Notes under the pieces: model-generated
What the model was told of the DNA's origin: nothing
Database searches by the model: none
What the model saw: only the letters and a program-made list of their open reading frames with translations
Made by a program: the position numbers and the translations under genes
Shown: positions 27,315-36,873 of the stretch, in pieces
Layout of the letters: each line of letters opens with the position of its first letter
Position numbering within the stretch: position 1 is the first letter of the stretch
Assembly: GCA_018660465.1 (NCBI GenBank)
Contig: JABJKH010000041.1
Location: forward strand, 6,650-70,649
Direction of reading: 5' to 3'
DNA length: 64,000 nucleotides
DNA from: Rhodospirillaceae bacterium
GTDB lineage: Bacteria > Pseudomonadota > Alphaproteobacteria > Rhodospirillales > JABJKH01

Positions 27315-28061
27315 CTACTTCGGCAAAAATGGCTTGAATTGACTTCTTGTGCGACCGCCTTTCCCGAGGCCGCCCGGTCGGTCCAGACTGGGTCGGTCTA
27401 GGCTGGGTCGATCTAGGCTGGGTCGGTCCACGCTGGGTCGGTCTAGGGGACGGGCAATGGGGCTGGGCTTCTCTTCGGTTCGTTGACCTGGCGCAAGATG
27501 CACCGTCCCAATTGGGGAAGCTTCTGCAGAAACCTTCTTCGAAGGGTTCCAGGAGGCGACGGTGACGGCTTTGCCTTCTTGGGTGCGCATGAGCTTAGGC
27601 TTCACGACTTGGTCTACGGCAGGGGTATTGTCGGCGCGGGTAAACGACAACATCATCTCATCCAAGGTGATCTCACTCCGCTTACCGACTTTAATCGCCT
27701 TCTTAAACGCCAGCGTTCCGTTGCAGAGTTTATTCAATCGGTCTGCTGACATGTTGCCGAAACGCCGCCAAATGTTCTCAAGAAAGCTTTCCACATCAAT
27801 CGGCAGGAACAATTCGGCTTCTATATTGGGCCGTCCACGGGTGAAGGCGCGATAGATGTTAGGCTCCAACGGCCCGACTTCTTCGGCAATAAACACGGCA
27901 GGCATTAATTTTTGGCCCTCATAAGCCACAGCAAAATAGGCCTGCGCCAAAAACAAAAGCCGGTGCAGCTTTTGGGGTTGCAGGTACTCGTTATTTTCCA
28001 GCGCCGTGTCGCTGAACCAAAACGCAATATCAAAACTGGAATCAACAGCAGACCGCATCAA
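27315..28061 (-). CDS. Panacea/DUF4065 (GepA/SocA-like) domain protein with C-terminal (L/V)DRPS pentapeptide repeats
   Basis: The N-terminal region ...LQPQKLHRLLFLAQAYFAVAY... resembles the DUF4065 antitoxin-type domain. The C-terminus reads PLDRPSVDRPSLDRPSLDRPSLDRPGG. Confidence 0.6.
   Translation of the reverse strand: MMRSAVDSSFDIAFWFSDTALENNEYLQPQKLHRLLFLAQAYFAVAYEGQKLMPAVFIAEEVGPLEPNIYRAFTRGRPNIEAELFLPIDVESFLENIWRRFGNMSADRLNKLCNGTLAFKKAIKVGKRSEITLDEMMLSFTRADNTPAVDQVVKPKLMRTQEGKAVTVASWNPSKKVSAEASPIGTVHLAPGQRTEEKPSPIARPLDRPSVDRPSLDRPSLDRPSLDRPGGLGKGGRTRSQFKPFLPK
27376..27450. repeat. 15-bp tandem repeat, about 5 copies (GGTCGGTCYAGRCTG)
   Basis: Read directly from the sequence: ggtcggtccagactg / ggtcggtctaggctg / ggtcgatctaggctg / ggtcggtccacgctg / ggtcggtctagggga. 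It encodes the pentapeptide repeat of the Panacea-domain gene. Confidence 0.9.
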
Positions 28062-28294
28062 AACTCCTCAGAGGCAACGAATTAGGTTAATTACCCAATC
28101 TAAATCCGAGAGTTCAAAAATATCATTAACAGGACGGAGAAAATAGAGAAAATTTTGGAATTGTATCCAAACTGGGTGTATCGCCTAATCGAATATGAAA
28201 TTTATAATGTTAAAAGAAGAGAGACCTCGCATGTAGACAAACAAATCTTTTTAGGATCAATTGTATGAGAACTTAGCTTTCTAATAATTGAAGA

Positions 28295-30619
28295 ATGGTA
28301 GTTGTGCTGGTAAATCGCATGCGAGAATATTTCCGGAACCGGTACAAAGCTACAACGACTGCTATTCGCAGTTGGACCAAGATAGCAAAAAGGAAGATTC
28401 GGGTTGGGTACGCACACCTATGGCATAGGTTTTATTTCATTCGGAGCTGGTTAACTCGCCTGTTATTACGCCACAGCGGGATTGCAATTTTTTCTTTACT
28501 GATCGTTCTTTTCACAATCTCAGCCTTCTGGCTTCCTGAAACTCAAGTGGCGCTTCAACCTAACTTCGCTACAACCGAAAGTCTGGGAAGTTTTAGATCC
28601 TTGATACTCACCATTGGGGGGGCGTTAATAGGAGCGACTGCTATCGCGTTCACTCTCGTCATGTTTGCTATTCAAGTAAATATCGAACGCATGCCTCATG
28701 GATTATTTCGCAAACTAAGCTCAGACCGTTACTTACTCGGTGCATTCGGCATCACATTTTTACTCGCCATCACAATTGCAACACTATCTATGATTCCCGA
28801 CAAGTCTTGGGTCGCCGTCGCTGTTTATGGAACAGTCTGGGGAACCTTTTTGGTTCTGGGCCTGTTCCTTTATGCTTATCGTCGCGCCCTGTCCCTTATT
28901 AATCCCATTCAGCAACTAAACTTCATCGTAGAAGCCACCCAAAAAGATTTTCGGCGCTGGGTACGTAACGCGCAACATGCTGCGCCAATTCTTGAAGAAA
29001 TTAGTAATGAGCACGCCGACCCGACATTAGAGACTCAATCTACTTACGACTTAGAGCGGTTTAAGTATTTTCAAATTAACCCGCACTGGAGCAATCAGGC
29101 GCAAAACGCCATTTTACATGCTATTACTTTTGCTCGACGTTATGCGGAAGATGGTGACTATGAAGTCTCTGGTGCTGCGTTGACGGCAATAGTGGGTATT
29201 AATGCTGGGTATATCGAAGCGAAGGGAAAAACCTTTGTTGCCCAAAACCCTTTGATCAATAATTCACTCTCCACTGACGGATTTATCAACGTAACATTAG
29301 AGCATTTACGACAAAACTTGCACATTGGAGTTGAGCGCGGTGATGAAAACCAAATAGAGCAAACGTTACAGACCATAGCACAACTTGCTAAATTGTATCT
29401 GAGAATTGACTACTCTCAAGAATTCGAAACTAAAACACACGCAAATCTTGCCGCTAGCTACCTTTCCGGGTCAGCAAAATCAATATTGCCAAAGGTCATG
29501 CCTGATGTGCTAATGGAATGGATGCGTCTTATGGGCCAAACTGCGCAACTTTTCATTCTTCAGGCAGATCACAATGATATTAGAACACTGACCGAAAGGA
29601 TTGGCATGATCGCAGGAGCCTGCGCAACCAAAGATGACTACCGCCCAGTTACCCAAGTTGGCGTTGAGCAGTTGACGAATTTAACGAAAAACTTAATCTA
29701 TAGTGAGCACCACGACGTTAGATATGCTTTGGAAGACGTAAAAAGAAACATCAATTTTATTGCAGAATTTTTATTCGCCGTACCTGAGACGCTACTCAAT
29801 AAAGTCCTCAGCACAAATATGGGTCCGTATTATTCAGGAACTACTCCTGATAGTTTTCTTCAATGGCTTACCGACCTTGCCCATGCGCTTTCTGAAAATT
29901 CAACAAGCGATGAACGCTGCCAAAACATTATCCGAAAAATTGAGGAATGGGCTCAGAGTTTATCTAAAACAGAAAAAGAATTATTTCTGTTATCCATCAA
30001 GAATAAATCATTTTTTACATTTGATATCATTCACTGGATTTCCAGTATCACAAAACTTCTTTTGTTTATTTCAAATACTAAGTCTTGTCCTGAGCACACT
30101 CGTGAGGAACTTAAAAAGCACGCACTCTGGCTTGTATCAGTATTGACCTGGATTCCAGATAACAATGAATCCGTGAGGCACGTGGAAAATTTTTCGGTGA
30201 CAGAAATACTTTTTGATGTAGCGTTAGATTCTAACCAACGAGAATTTGAGGAATTTTCCCTGCAAGTTGGCAAAATTCTTTTATCATGGGGCTTCAAGGG
30301 TGGAAAATACGGGTCGGGCTGGGGAACACTAGATAAATCAATATATGGGCTTGCTGCTCTCGCTATTATCAGAAAAGAAAAGGTATTTGGAGAACAACTA
30401 AAAAAAGAAATTTCAAATCGGCAAAACAGTAAGGACGCAGTGGGACAGGAGATATGTGACATCGCCGCTCGAAATATTCGAGATAAGGCTGCAACACTTT
30501 ACCAGCAGGGATATAGCCACTCACGCATTGATAATGTAATGCACTCAATTGACCATGAGCAGTTGGCCCCATTACTCAATGAAATCGCAGATATTCTCTC
30601 GCCGCCCGTCGCGGAATAG
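28295..30619 (+). CDS. Orphan 774-aa protein: N-terminal ~4-TM membrane anchor plus large helical cytoplasmic region, function unknown
   Basis: Long uninterrupted ORF in an AT-rich stretch, with hydrophobic helices within roughly the first 200 aa. I could not find a Walker A, HExxH or other catalytic motif by eye. The start could instead be the ATG at 28319. Confidence 0.6.
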   Translation: MVVVLVNRMREYFRNRYKATTTAIRSWTKIAKRKIRVGYAHLWHRFYFIRSWLTRLLLRHSGIAIFSLLIVLFTISAFWLPETQVALQPNFATTESLGSFRSLILTIGGALIGATAIAFTLVMFAIQVNIERMPHGLFRKLSSDRYLLGAFGITFLLAITIATLSMIPDKSWVAVAVYGTVWGTFLVLGLFLYAYRRALSLINPIQQLNFIVEATQKDFRRWVRNAQHAAPILEEISNEHADPTLETQSTYDLERFKYFQINPHWSNQAQNAILHAITFARRYAEDGDYEVSGAALTAIVGINAGYIEAKGKTFVAQNPLINNSLSTDGFINVTLEHLRQNLHIGVERGDENQIEQTLQTIAQLAKLYLRIDYSQEFETKTHANLAASYLSGSAKSILPKVMPDVLMEWMRLMGQTAQLFILQADHNDIRTLTERIGMIAGACATKDDYRPVTQVGVEQLTNLTKNLIYSEHHDVRYALEDVKRNINFIAEFLFAVPETLLNKVLSTNMGPYYSGTTPDSFLQWLTDLAHALSENSTSDERCQNIIRKIEEWAQSLSKTEKELFLLSIKNKSFFTFDIIHWISSITKLLLFISNTKSCPEHTREELKKHALWLVSVLTWIPDNNESVRHVENFSVTEILFDVALDSNQREFEEFSLQVGKILLSWGFKGGKYGSGWGTLDKSIYGLAALAIIRKEKVFGEQLKKEISNRQNSKDAVGQEICDIAARNIRDKAATLYQQGYSHSRIDNVMHSIDHEQLAPLLNEIADILSPPVAE

Positions 30620-30663
30620 ACAATTTTAGCAACCGTAGGATTTTGGTTAGGCCTGATACGTCC

Positions 30664-31197
30664 CTACCCCTGCGGCGTCAAATTCAGTGTCCGAATAAAA
30701 ACCTGCATGCCGTAGTTGATGGTCATGTAGTTGCCGAGTTCCATGATTTGGGCTTCGGAGAAGTGGGTCTTACCTTCGTCGTAGAACGCCTTATCGACCT
30801 TTGCGGGTTCCCGGTACATCAGGTAGCCGTAGCGGAACGCCCATTTGTGGGCGTCGCTAAACTGGGGTTCGTTTTCAAAGTCGCCACAGGCAGCCTCAAT
30901 CAATTCTTCAGTCAGGCCCCGTTTCATGGCCTTCTTCGATCTGAGGGAGGCGAAGTACTTGTCCCCTGCCAGCCTGGCCAACTGAATGCGAATGGCTTCT
31001 TTCAGGCGCACGTCCAAGCCACCGTTTTCATACGCCTGGCGCATGGCGTTGAACAGGGCCTCGGCATAATTGGGCGCGTGAGCCAACACCTCAAAGAACT
31101 GCTTATCGGCAATCCCCAGGTCTTCGGCCAAGGCCATGTATTCCTTAATCTTCGGCTTCTCTAAGTTTTCAGCCGGCGCGGAGTCAATGTAAGCCAT
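30664..31197 (-). CDS. Carboxymuconolactone decarboxylase (AhpD-like) family protein, Cys-less paralog
   Basis: 177 aa, colinear with the neighbouring AhpD-like selenoprotein. KEAIRIQLARLAGDKYFASLRS aligns with KEIIRIQLSRHAVCNYUGNVRS. Confidence 0.75.
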   Translation of the reverse strand: MAYIDSAPAENLEKPKIKEYMALAEDLGIADKQFFEVLAHAPNYAEALFNAMRQAYENGGLDVRLKEAIRIQLARLAGDKYFASLRSKKAMKRGLTEELIEAACGDFENEPQFSDAHKWAFRYGYLMYREPAKVDKAFYDEGKTHFSEAQIMELGNYMTINYGMQVFIRTLNLTPQG

Positions 31198-31212
31198 AGA
31201 GTCTCTATCTTC

Positions 31213-31869
31213 CTATTCAGCAGCCGAGTCGGGCGCTAAATCTAAAGCGCGCTCCATCGCCCCTTCGGTGTGGGATATTGGCGTCGTGCCATAGATTTCT
31301 TTTGATTCTTCCTGGCTGACCAGCCGTCCGTCCGGCGAGAACATCGGATAGAAATCCAATGTCCCAAAGAACGTGTGGAAACCAATGTTAACGCCAATGT
31401 AGGTGCCGAGCTCGACAATTTCTTCCGACGAATAATACTTTTTCAAGTCGTCGTAGAACGCTTCGTCGATCTTGTCTAAATCCGACGCCATGTATTCGCT
31501 ATAACGCAGCGCTGCCTTTTCGGCATCGGTAAACCGGTCGCTGGCTTCATAGTTATTGATGCCTTCGTCGATGTCTTCTTCCGTCAATCCTTGCTGCTTC
31601 GCCGAAGCAGACCGCACGTTGCCTCAATAATTACAGACGGCGTGCCGGGACAGTTGGATTCGAATGATCTCTTTTAGCTTGTGATCGACCACGCCGGAAT
31701 TAAACACCGTGCCCCACGCCACATACATGGCTTCGGACAGGTCCGGGTTGTGGCCCTGCATGGCATGGAACGCCGGGTCCGGCGCACGGTGCTTCAGGGC
31801 CTTCTTAATATAAGGCGCAAGCTTGGTCTTATTCAGCTCATCGATATCAAGCATCGAAATATTAGGCAT
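31213..31869 (-). CDS. AhpD-like (carboxymuconolactone decarboxylase family) predicted selenoprotein with C-x-x-U motif (TGA at 31624-31626)
   Basis: ORFs 31624-31869 and 31213-31617 share one frame and are separated only by TGA. The joined sequence is ...LSRHAVCNY-U-GNVRSASAKQQGLTEEDI.... It aligns with the downstream paralog across the stop, and the CxxU sits where AhpD has CxxC. Confidence 0.8.
31594..31610 (-). promoter_or_regulatory. Candidate SECIS hairpin for the AhpD-like TGA
   Basis: On the minus-strand RNA the hairpin is CUGCUUC-GGC-GAAGCAG (perfect 7-bp stem, or 6 bp with a CGGCG loop). It begins 13 nt after the UGA. Confidence 0.4.
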
Positions 31870-32085
31870 TCAAGTTCCCCCCAGAATGCGGGTTAAGTAT
31901 GCGGTGTTAGGCATCCAAATCTATATACAACAGTATGGTTAATGCCCCGTATTTAGCAGAAGGAACTGTCCCCACACTGTCGTGAATCGCCGGGATGGTA
32001 ACCGAAGTGGATGATCGGGGGAAGAGGTTCTTTTTCACAAAGTCTTGAGGTGGAGTTTGAGACAAGATGGAGACTTTACTCAGGC

Positions 32086-32203
32086 CCTTCGAGACGCGCT
32101 CAAGTGAGCGCTCCTCAGGATGAAGTAATATTTAGGTCCATTGATACAAAGAAATTTTATTTAACTTCATCCTGAAGAGCGCGAAAATCGCGCGTCTCGA
32201 AGG
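32086..32203. repeat. Intergenic nested-palindrome element, copy 1
   Basis: Outer arms are CCTTCGAGAC (32086-32095) and GTCTCGAAGG (32194-32203). Inner arms are TCCTCAGGATGAAG and CTTCATCCTGAAGA around an AT-rich loop. Side hairpins are GCGCTCAAGTGAGCGC and GCGCGAAAATCGCGC. Confidence 0.9.
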
Positions 32204-32216
32204 ACGCGTCGCAAAG

Positions 32217-32732
32217 TTATCCCGAAACACCACCCCACCAGCGCTCAAGCGCTTCCACTTCCACCGGCAACACACCGCCCATGCCACCTGTCCGCTCCTT
32301 CCAAATCTCCAACGCCGTTTCAGGAACGCTGATCAGAAAGGGGATTCCGTCGCTAATCGCCAACATAATTTCATCAGACAAGCCGCGCCCTTTTTGCTCT
32401 TCAACACCGAATTTATCAAATACGATCAATTCGGCTTTGCTCTTAATCGCATCGCGCAGCACGCCGCTTGTCCCGACCAATACAGACGCATCAAGCGCGC
32501 AGGCGTTCTTATCGTAGTCATGCTTTGGAACTCTTTTAATAGGGCTGCGCGCGCCTGTCACAACATCAACCGCATCGATCCCAGCGTAAGTACCATCATC
32601 ATTAAGCACCTTTTCCTGCACCAACCCGGCGACCCGGACGCCGTGCTTTTTACGTTCCTCAGCAAATGCCGCCAAGAAGCCGACGCCGTTGGACCGCGGC
32701 GTGTAGACGACGGCAGCAAATGAGGGCCGCAT
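32217..32732 (-). CDS. DUF2478-like (THEP1/NTPase-related) protein
   Basis: 171 aa. The overall pattern (AGLVQE..., LIVFDKFG..E..G.G) recalls the DUF2478 family, but this is a from-memory match only. Confidence 0.45.
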   Translation of the reverse strand: MRPSFAAVVYTPRSNGVGFLAAFAEERKKHGVRVAGLVQEKVLNDDGTYAGIDAVDVVTGARSPIKRVPKHDYDKNACALDASVLVGTSGVLRDAIKSKAELIVFDKFGVEEQKGRGLSDEIMLAISDGIPFLISVPETALEIWKERTGGMGGVLPVEVEALERWWGGVSG

Positions 32733-32887
32733 TAAGGTTCTCTCCTCCGGGCTCGCGCGAATTGCATACTTATAACTTATTCATTCAGGGAACAGTATCA
32801 CCGAGTTGAAATCTGACTTCCTTGACCTACGTCACATGGGCGGTCAATTTCTCTGTTAAGTACATGGATGAAAGAAGGATACCCCCC

Positions 32888-33814
32888 ATGAGCGACAGCC
32901 AGATCATACTCCACCACTACCCGCAATCCCCGGTCAGTGAAAAAGTCCGGGTGGTGCTTGGTATCAAGGGGCTGGACTGGAAATCTGTGGAAATTCCAAG
33001 GCTGCCGCCGAAACCGAATTTGATGCCGCTGACCGGCGGTTATCGTTTAACCCCGGTGATGCAAATCGGTGCCGACATCTTTTGTGACAGCTTGGCGATT
33101 ATCCGCGAAATTGACCGCCGCCACCCGACCCCCACACTATTTCCCGGCGGCGCGGAAGGCATGGCCTGGGGTGTGGCGCGGTGGACCGATGGGCCGATGT
33201 GCAAGGATGTAACGACCATCGCCATGGTTGAGATGAGCGACACCATGCCAACAGAATTTTTGGCTGATCGTGGTCCGCTCTACTTCGGCGCGGATTTCAC
33301 CCTCGATGGACTCAAAGCCAAATACACGGAATCCTTGGTGAATGTTCGGGCACAACTTGGTTGGCTGAACGAACGGGTCGCGATCCGTCAATTTATGCTG
33401 GGGTCAGAGCCCGGCCTGCCGGATGCACTGTGTTATTATCTGGTCTGGTTCCTGCGCGATCGCATGGCCGAAGCCGAGCCGTTCTTATCACAATTCAAAA
33501 ATATCATTGCTTGGGAACAACGCATGAAAGATATCGGCCACGGCACTCCGGACGATATAAGCGATCTCGATGCCCTCGCTATCGCTAAGAATTCTACTCA
33601 CCAGACACCCGAACGCGCCGACCCTGGCGATCCGCAAGGCCTGAACGTTGGCGATAAGATTACGATTGAACCCGCCGACGGCGGCGTGCCGGTCGAGGGA
33701 ATTCTTCGAAATCTATCGGCCAGCACCATCGCCATTCTGCGCGAAGATGACCAAGTAGGCCAAGTCTGCGTTCACCTCCCCAGGCTGGGGTACCGGGCTA
33801 CTCGCGTTAGTTAA
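32888..33814 (+). CDS. Glutathione S-transferase family protein with extra C-terminal domain
   Basis: From the ATG at 32888 the product starts MSDSQIILHHYPQSPVSEKVRVVLGIKGLDW...TPVMQIGADIFCDS, a GST N-terminal thioredoxin-like fold. The ORF-track start at 32822 is probably too early. Confidence 0.7.
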   Translation: MSDSQIILHHYPQSPVSEKVRVVLGIKGLDWKSVEIPRLPPKPNLMPLTGGYRLTPVMQIGADIFCDSLAIIREIDRRHPTPTLFPGGAEGMAWGVARWTDGPMCKDVTTIAMVEMSDTMPTEFLADRGPLYFGADFTLDGLKAKYTESLVNVRAQLGWLNERVAIRQFMLGSEPGLPDALCYYLVWFLRDRMAEAEPFLSQFKNIIAWEQRMKDIGHGTPDDISDLDALAIAKNSTHQTPERADPGDPQGLNVGDKITIEPADGGVPVEGILRNLSASTIAILREDDQVGQVCVHLPRLGYRATRVS

Positions 33815-33838
33815 TGGCCGATTTAGTTAAAATCCGTG

Positions 33839-34030
33839 TTAGTTAAATGCGGAACTTAAGCGGTTAAAATTAGTTTCCATTTTATTCATCTCAGCCCTCA
33901 ATTCACTCAGCACGATTTGTAACGCATCGACCGAATTGGATTGGCCATCAAGCGAGGATATCATCTGGCCAATCGGCCGGTTGAGCGTTGAAATACGAGA
34001 GGGAACGGAAAATTTAATAACTTCATTCAT
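33839..34030 (-). CDS. Hypothetical small protein (weak call)
   Basis: This is the only ORF in an AT-rich 520-bp gap and its start is ambiguous (34195, 34078 or 34030). No family was recognised. Confidence 0.2.
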   Translation of the reverse strand: MNEVIKFSVPSRISTLNRPIGQMISSLDGQSNSVDALQIVLSELRAEMNKMETNFNRLSSAFN

Positions 34031-34336
34031 AATCTTAATCCAATAAACAATTAAAGCACTTCGTTCATTAATCATTTGGATTCTATACCCCCCTGTTACT
34101 TGAAAATAGCTGTCTAGAAGCATCAGGCGAACATGACAAAAGATATGAATACCCCCCTTTCGATATAAAATAAGATTAGTGTCTGAAAGCGCCAAGAGTT
34201 ACTGTATTTACACTCGACGTTTTGATAAAAGAACTACCTGACTGTTTTGTCAGTTTTAGCTACATATAATCTCATTCATATAGATAATTATAAAATCCTT
34301 TTAGGATGGCGATAAGCCGGTCGATAAAAATTTAAA

Positions 34337-36838
34337 ATGAAGCGAATTAACTCCCTTGTTCTCATCATGGCTGCCATTGCCATTATTGTCGGTGGTATTT
34401 CCATTGTTGTGCTCTACAACACCGCCTATGAGGTTAAGCGCCAGGACCTGATTCAAATGGCGCAGAGCCAAGCGCGCTTGATTGAAGCCATCGCTCGGTT
34501 CGATCAAAAATATAGCGCTAAAGATCATCCACTGGGAGCCGCGGCAGCGACGATTTCTCAAGTCAACGATGCAATTTCGGCCTACAAAGGGTTTGGGGAA
34601 ACCGGTGAATTTGTGCTGGGGAATCGTAAGGCTGATAAAATTATCTTCCTACTAAGTTTTCGCCACCCCACGCCCAACAAACAAGGTCGCCCCACAGAAG
34701 AGGGGGCACGGTACGTTCCTTATAATTCTAGTCTAGCTGAGCCCATGCGGCGTGCCCTTTCCGGGCAGTCGGGAACTGTCGTCGGATCTGACTATCGCGG
34801 CGAAGAGGTATTGGCGGCTCATGAACCGATCAAAGAGCTCGGCCTTGGCATTGTCGCGAAGATCGACCTTGCAGAGATCCGCGCCCCTTATTTGAAAGCC
34901 GCCTTAATTGTCATCGGTTTTGGCCTATTGATTATCTTTTTTGGGTCCCTGTTGTTCTTCCGAATAAGCAGCCTCATCGCCACACAAATCATTAAAGGCG
35001 AAGAAACATTGGCCGCCACGACCAGCGAGCTTGAATTTCAAAAATTGGCTCTTGATGAACACGCCATCGTTAGCATTACAGACGTTGACGGCAACATCAC
35101 CTACGTCAACGACAGGTTCTGCGCAATAAGTGGACATACCCGTGACGAATTAATCGGCCAGAATCATCGTATTCTTAAATCCGGCGAACACGACCAGGCG
35201 TTCTATCAAGATTTATGGCAGACCATCACCAGCGGTAAAACCTGGGAAGGTGAGATTAAGAATCAGAAGAAAAACGGCGACTACTATTGGGTAAGAGCCA
35301 CCATCGTTCCGTTCCTGGATGAACAAGGAACGCCGTTCCAATATGTTGCGATCCGAACCGACGAAACAGAGCGCCTTGAGACCGTCACCAAGTTAGCCGA
35401 GAGCCAAATCATGATTTCTGCAGTTTTGGAAAATTCACCATCTGCCATCAGTGTGAAAGGTTTGGATGGTCTATATTTGATCGTCAATAAGGTTTGGAAC
35501 GACTGGTTCAACCCAACACATAAAGAAGCCGTCGGAAAAGCCGTTGGTGATTTTTTTGAGCCCGCCCATGTGTCAGGAATTGACGCCCAAGACACCGAAG
35601 TCTTGGAATCAGGAAACGCCGTCAGCACGGAAACTCAGACACCACATTCGGACGGAACCATCAGAACATCCATCCTACAAAAATTCCCCGTAAGAGATGC
35701 CAATAACAAAATATTTGGGATCGGCTCCATGAACACTGATATCTCTGACCGAGTTCGCGCAGAGAAAGAAGTTACACAATTTAGAACGACCCTCGACCAT
35801 ACCCAGGACTGCATCTTTATGTTTTGGCCTGATCCGTTGCGGTTCTTTTACGTCAACCAGGGCGGCATGACTCAAGTCGGATACACCCAGGACGAGCTTT
35901 ATAAAATGGCCCCGTTCCAAATTAAACCTGAGTTCACGGAAGCGGAGTTCCGTAACATGATCCAGGGACTGATGGAGGGGCCAGAACACGCGACGACATT
36001 CGAAACAATTCATCAGCATAAAAACGGCAATCAAGTCCCGGTCGAAATATTTTTGCAGTATATCTTCCCCCTCAACGAAAATCCGCGCTTTGTCGCTATC
36101 GTGCGCGACATAACCGAGCGCAAGGAAGTCGACCGCATGAAAAGCGAATTCGTCTCCACCGTCAGCCACGAACTTAGAACCCCCCTGACATCCATCAAGG
36201 GGGCTCTCGGGATGGTCAAAAGCGGTGCCCTGGGTGACATCTCGGAAAGTGCGTTGGACATGGTGGATGTTGCCCACAAGAACAGCGACCGCCTGATCCA
36301 ATTGGTCAATGATATCTTGGATATGGAAAAGCTTCAGTCCGGCAATATGGAACTCGATCTCGAAAACCTTGACCTCACAGCTCTTGTGCGGGAGGCGGTT
36401 GAGACCAATCAAGGCTACGCCCAAGAGCAGAATTCAAAATTCGTTTTTGGGGACCTGGCGTCTGGGGTGACGCTGCAGGCAGATGCGGGTCGCCTGACCC
36501 AAGTGATCGCCAACCTGCTTTCCAATGCCGCCAAGTTTTCACCAGATGGTGGGATCGTCAAAATTTCGATCACCCATGATGAGAGGGAAGCAACCGTTTC
36601 GGTCACTGATTCAGGACCCGGCATAGATGAAGAAATGACGGATCTTATATTCGGAAGATTTACTCAGGTGGATTCTTCCGACACTCGAGAAAAGGGCGGT
36701 ACCGGTTTGGGCCTGAATATCTCCAAATCAATCGTCGAGCTGCACGGCGGCACAATCGGATTTAAGTCCGAAGTTGGTACTGGCAGCACGTTCTTCTTCA
36801 CGTTACCGGTCACACCCGCCGGACGACTCCAAACATAA
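34337..36838 (+). CDS. Sensor histidine kinase with periplasmic Cache-like domain, three PAS domains, HisKA and HATPase_c
   Basis: 833 aa. An N-terminal TM, a ~170-aa extracytoplasmic region and a second TM are followed by PAS/PAC blocks. It has the H-box VSHELRTPLTSIKGAL, LLSNAAKFSP and GGTGLGLNISKSIVELHGG. Confidence 0.9.
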   Translation: MKRINSLVLIMAAIAIIVGGISIVVLYNTAYEVKRQDLIQMAQSQARLIEAIARFDQKYSAKDHPLGAAAATISQVNDAISAYKGFGETGEFVLGNRKADKIIFLLSFRHPTPNKQGRPTEEGARYVPYNSSLAEPMRRALSGQSGTVVGSDYRGEEVLAAHEPIKELGLGIVAKIDLAEIRAPYLKAALIVIGFGLLIIFFGSLLFFRISSLIATQIIKGEETLAATTSELEFQKLALDEHAIVSITDVDGNITYVNDRFCAISGHTRDELIGQNHRILKSGEHDQAFYQDLWQTITSGKTWEGEIKNQKKNGDYYWVRATIVPFLDEQGTPFQYVAIRTDETERLETVTKLAESQIMISAVLENSPSAISVKGLDGLYLIVNKVWNDWFNPTHKEAVGKAVGDFFEPAHVSGIDAQDTEVLESGNAVSTETQTPHSDGTIRTSILQKFPVRDANNKIFGIGSMNTDISDRVRAEKEVTQFRTTLDHTQDCIFMFWPDPLRFFYVNQGGMTQVGYTQDELYKMAPFQIKPEFTEAEFRNMIQGLMEGPEHATTFETIHQHKNGNQVPVEIFLQYIFPLNENPRFVAIVRDITERKEVDRMKSEFVSTVSHELRTPLTSIKGALGMVKSGALGDISESALDMVDVAHKNSDRLIQLVNDILDMEKLQSGNMELDLENLDLTALVREAVETNQGYAQEQNSKFVFGDLASGVTLQADAGRLTQVIANLLSNAAKFSPDGGIVKISITHDEREATVSVTDSGPGIDEEMTDLIFGRFTQVDSSDTREKGGTGLGLNISKSIVELHGGTIGFKSEVGTGSTFFFTLPVTPAGRLQT

Positions 36839-36873
36839 AACTTCAATAAACAGGGGAATCTTTTGATCATTGC

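Noticed and set aside
28062-30640. Using low GC alone to call the 774-aa orphan a horizontally acquired island.
   Set aside because: By eye, several sensor-kinase and chemoreceptor genes in the window are similarly AT-rich. There are no flanking direct repeats, tRNA or integrase. Composition is therefore mentioned only as a weak hint.
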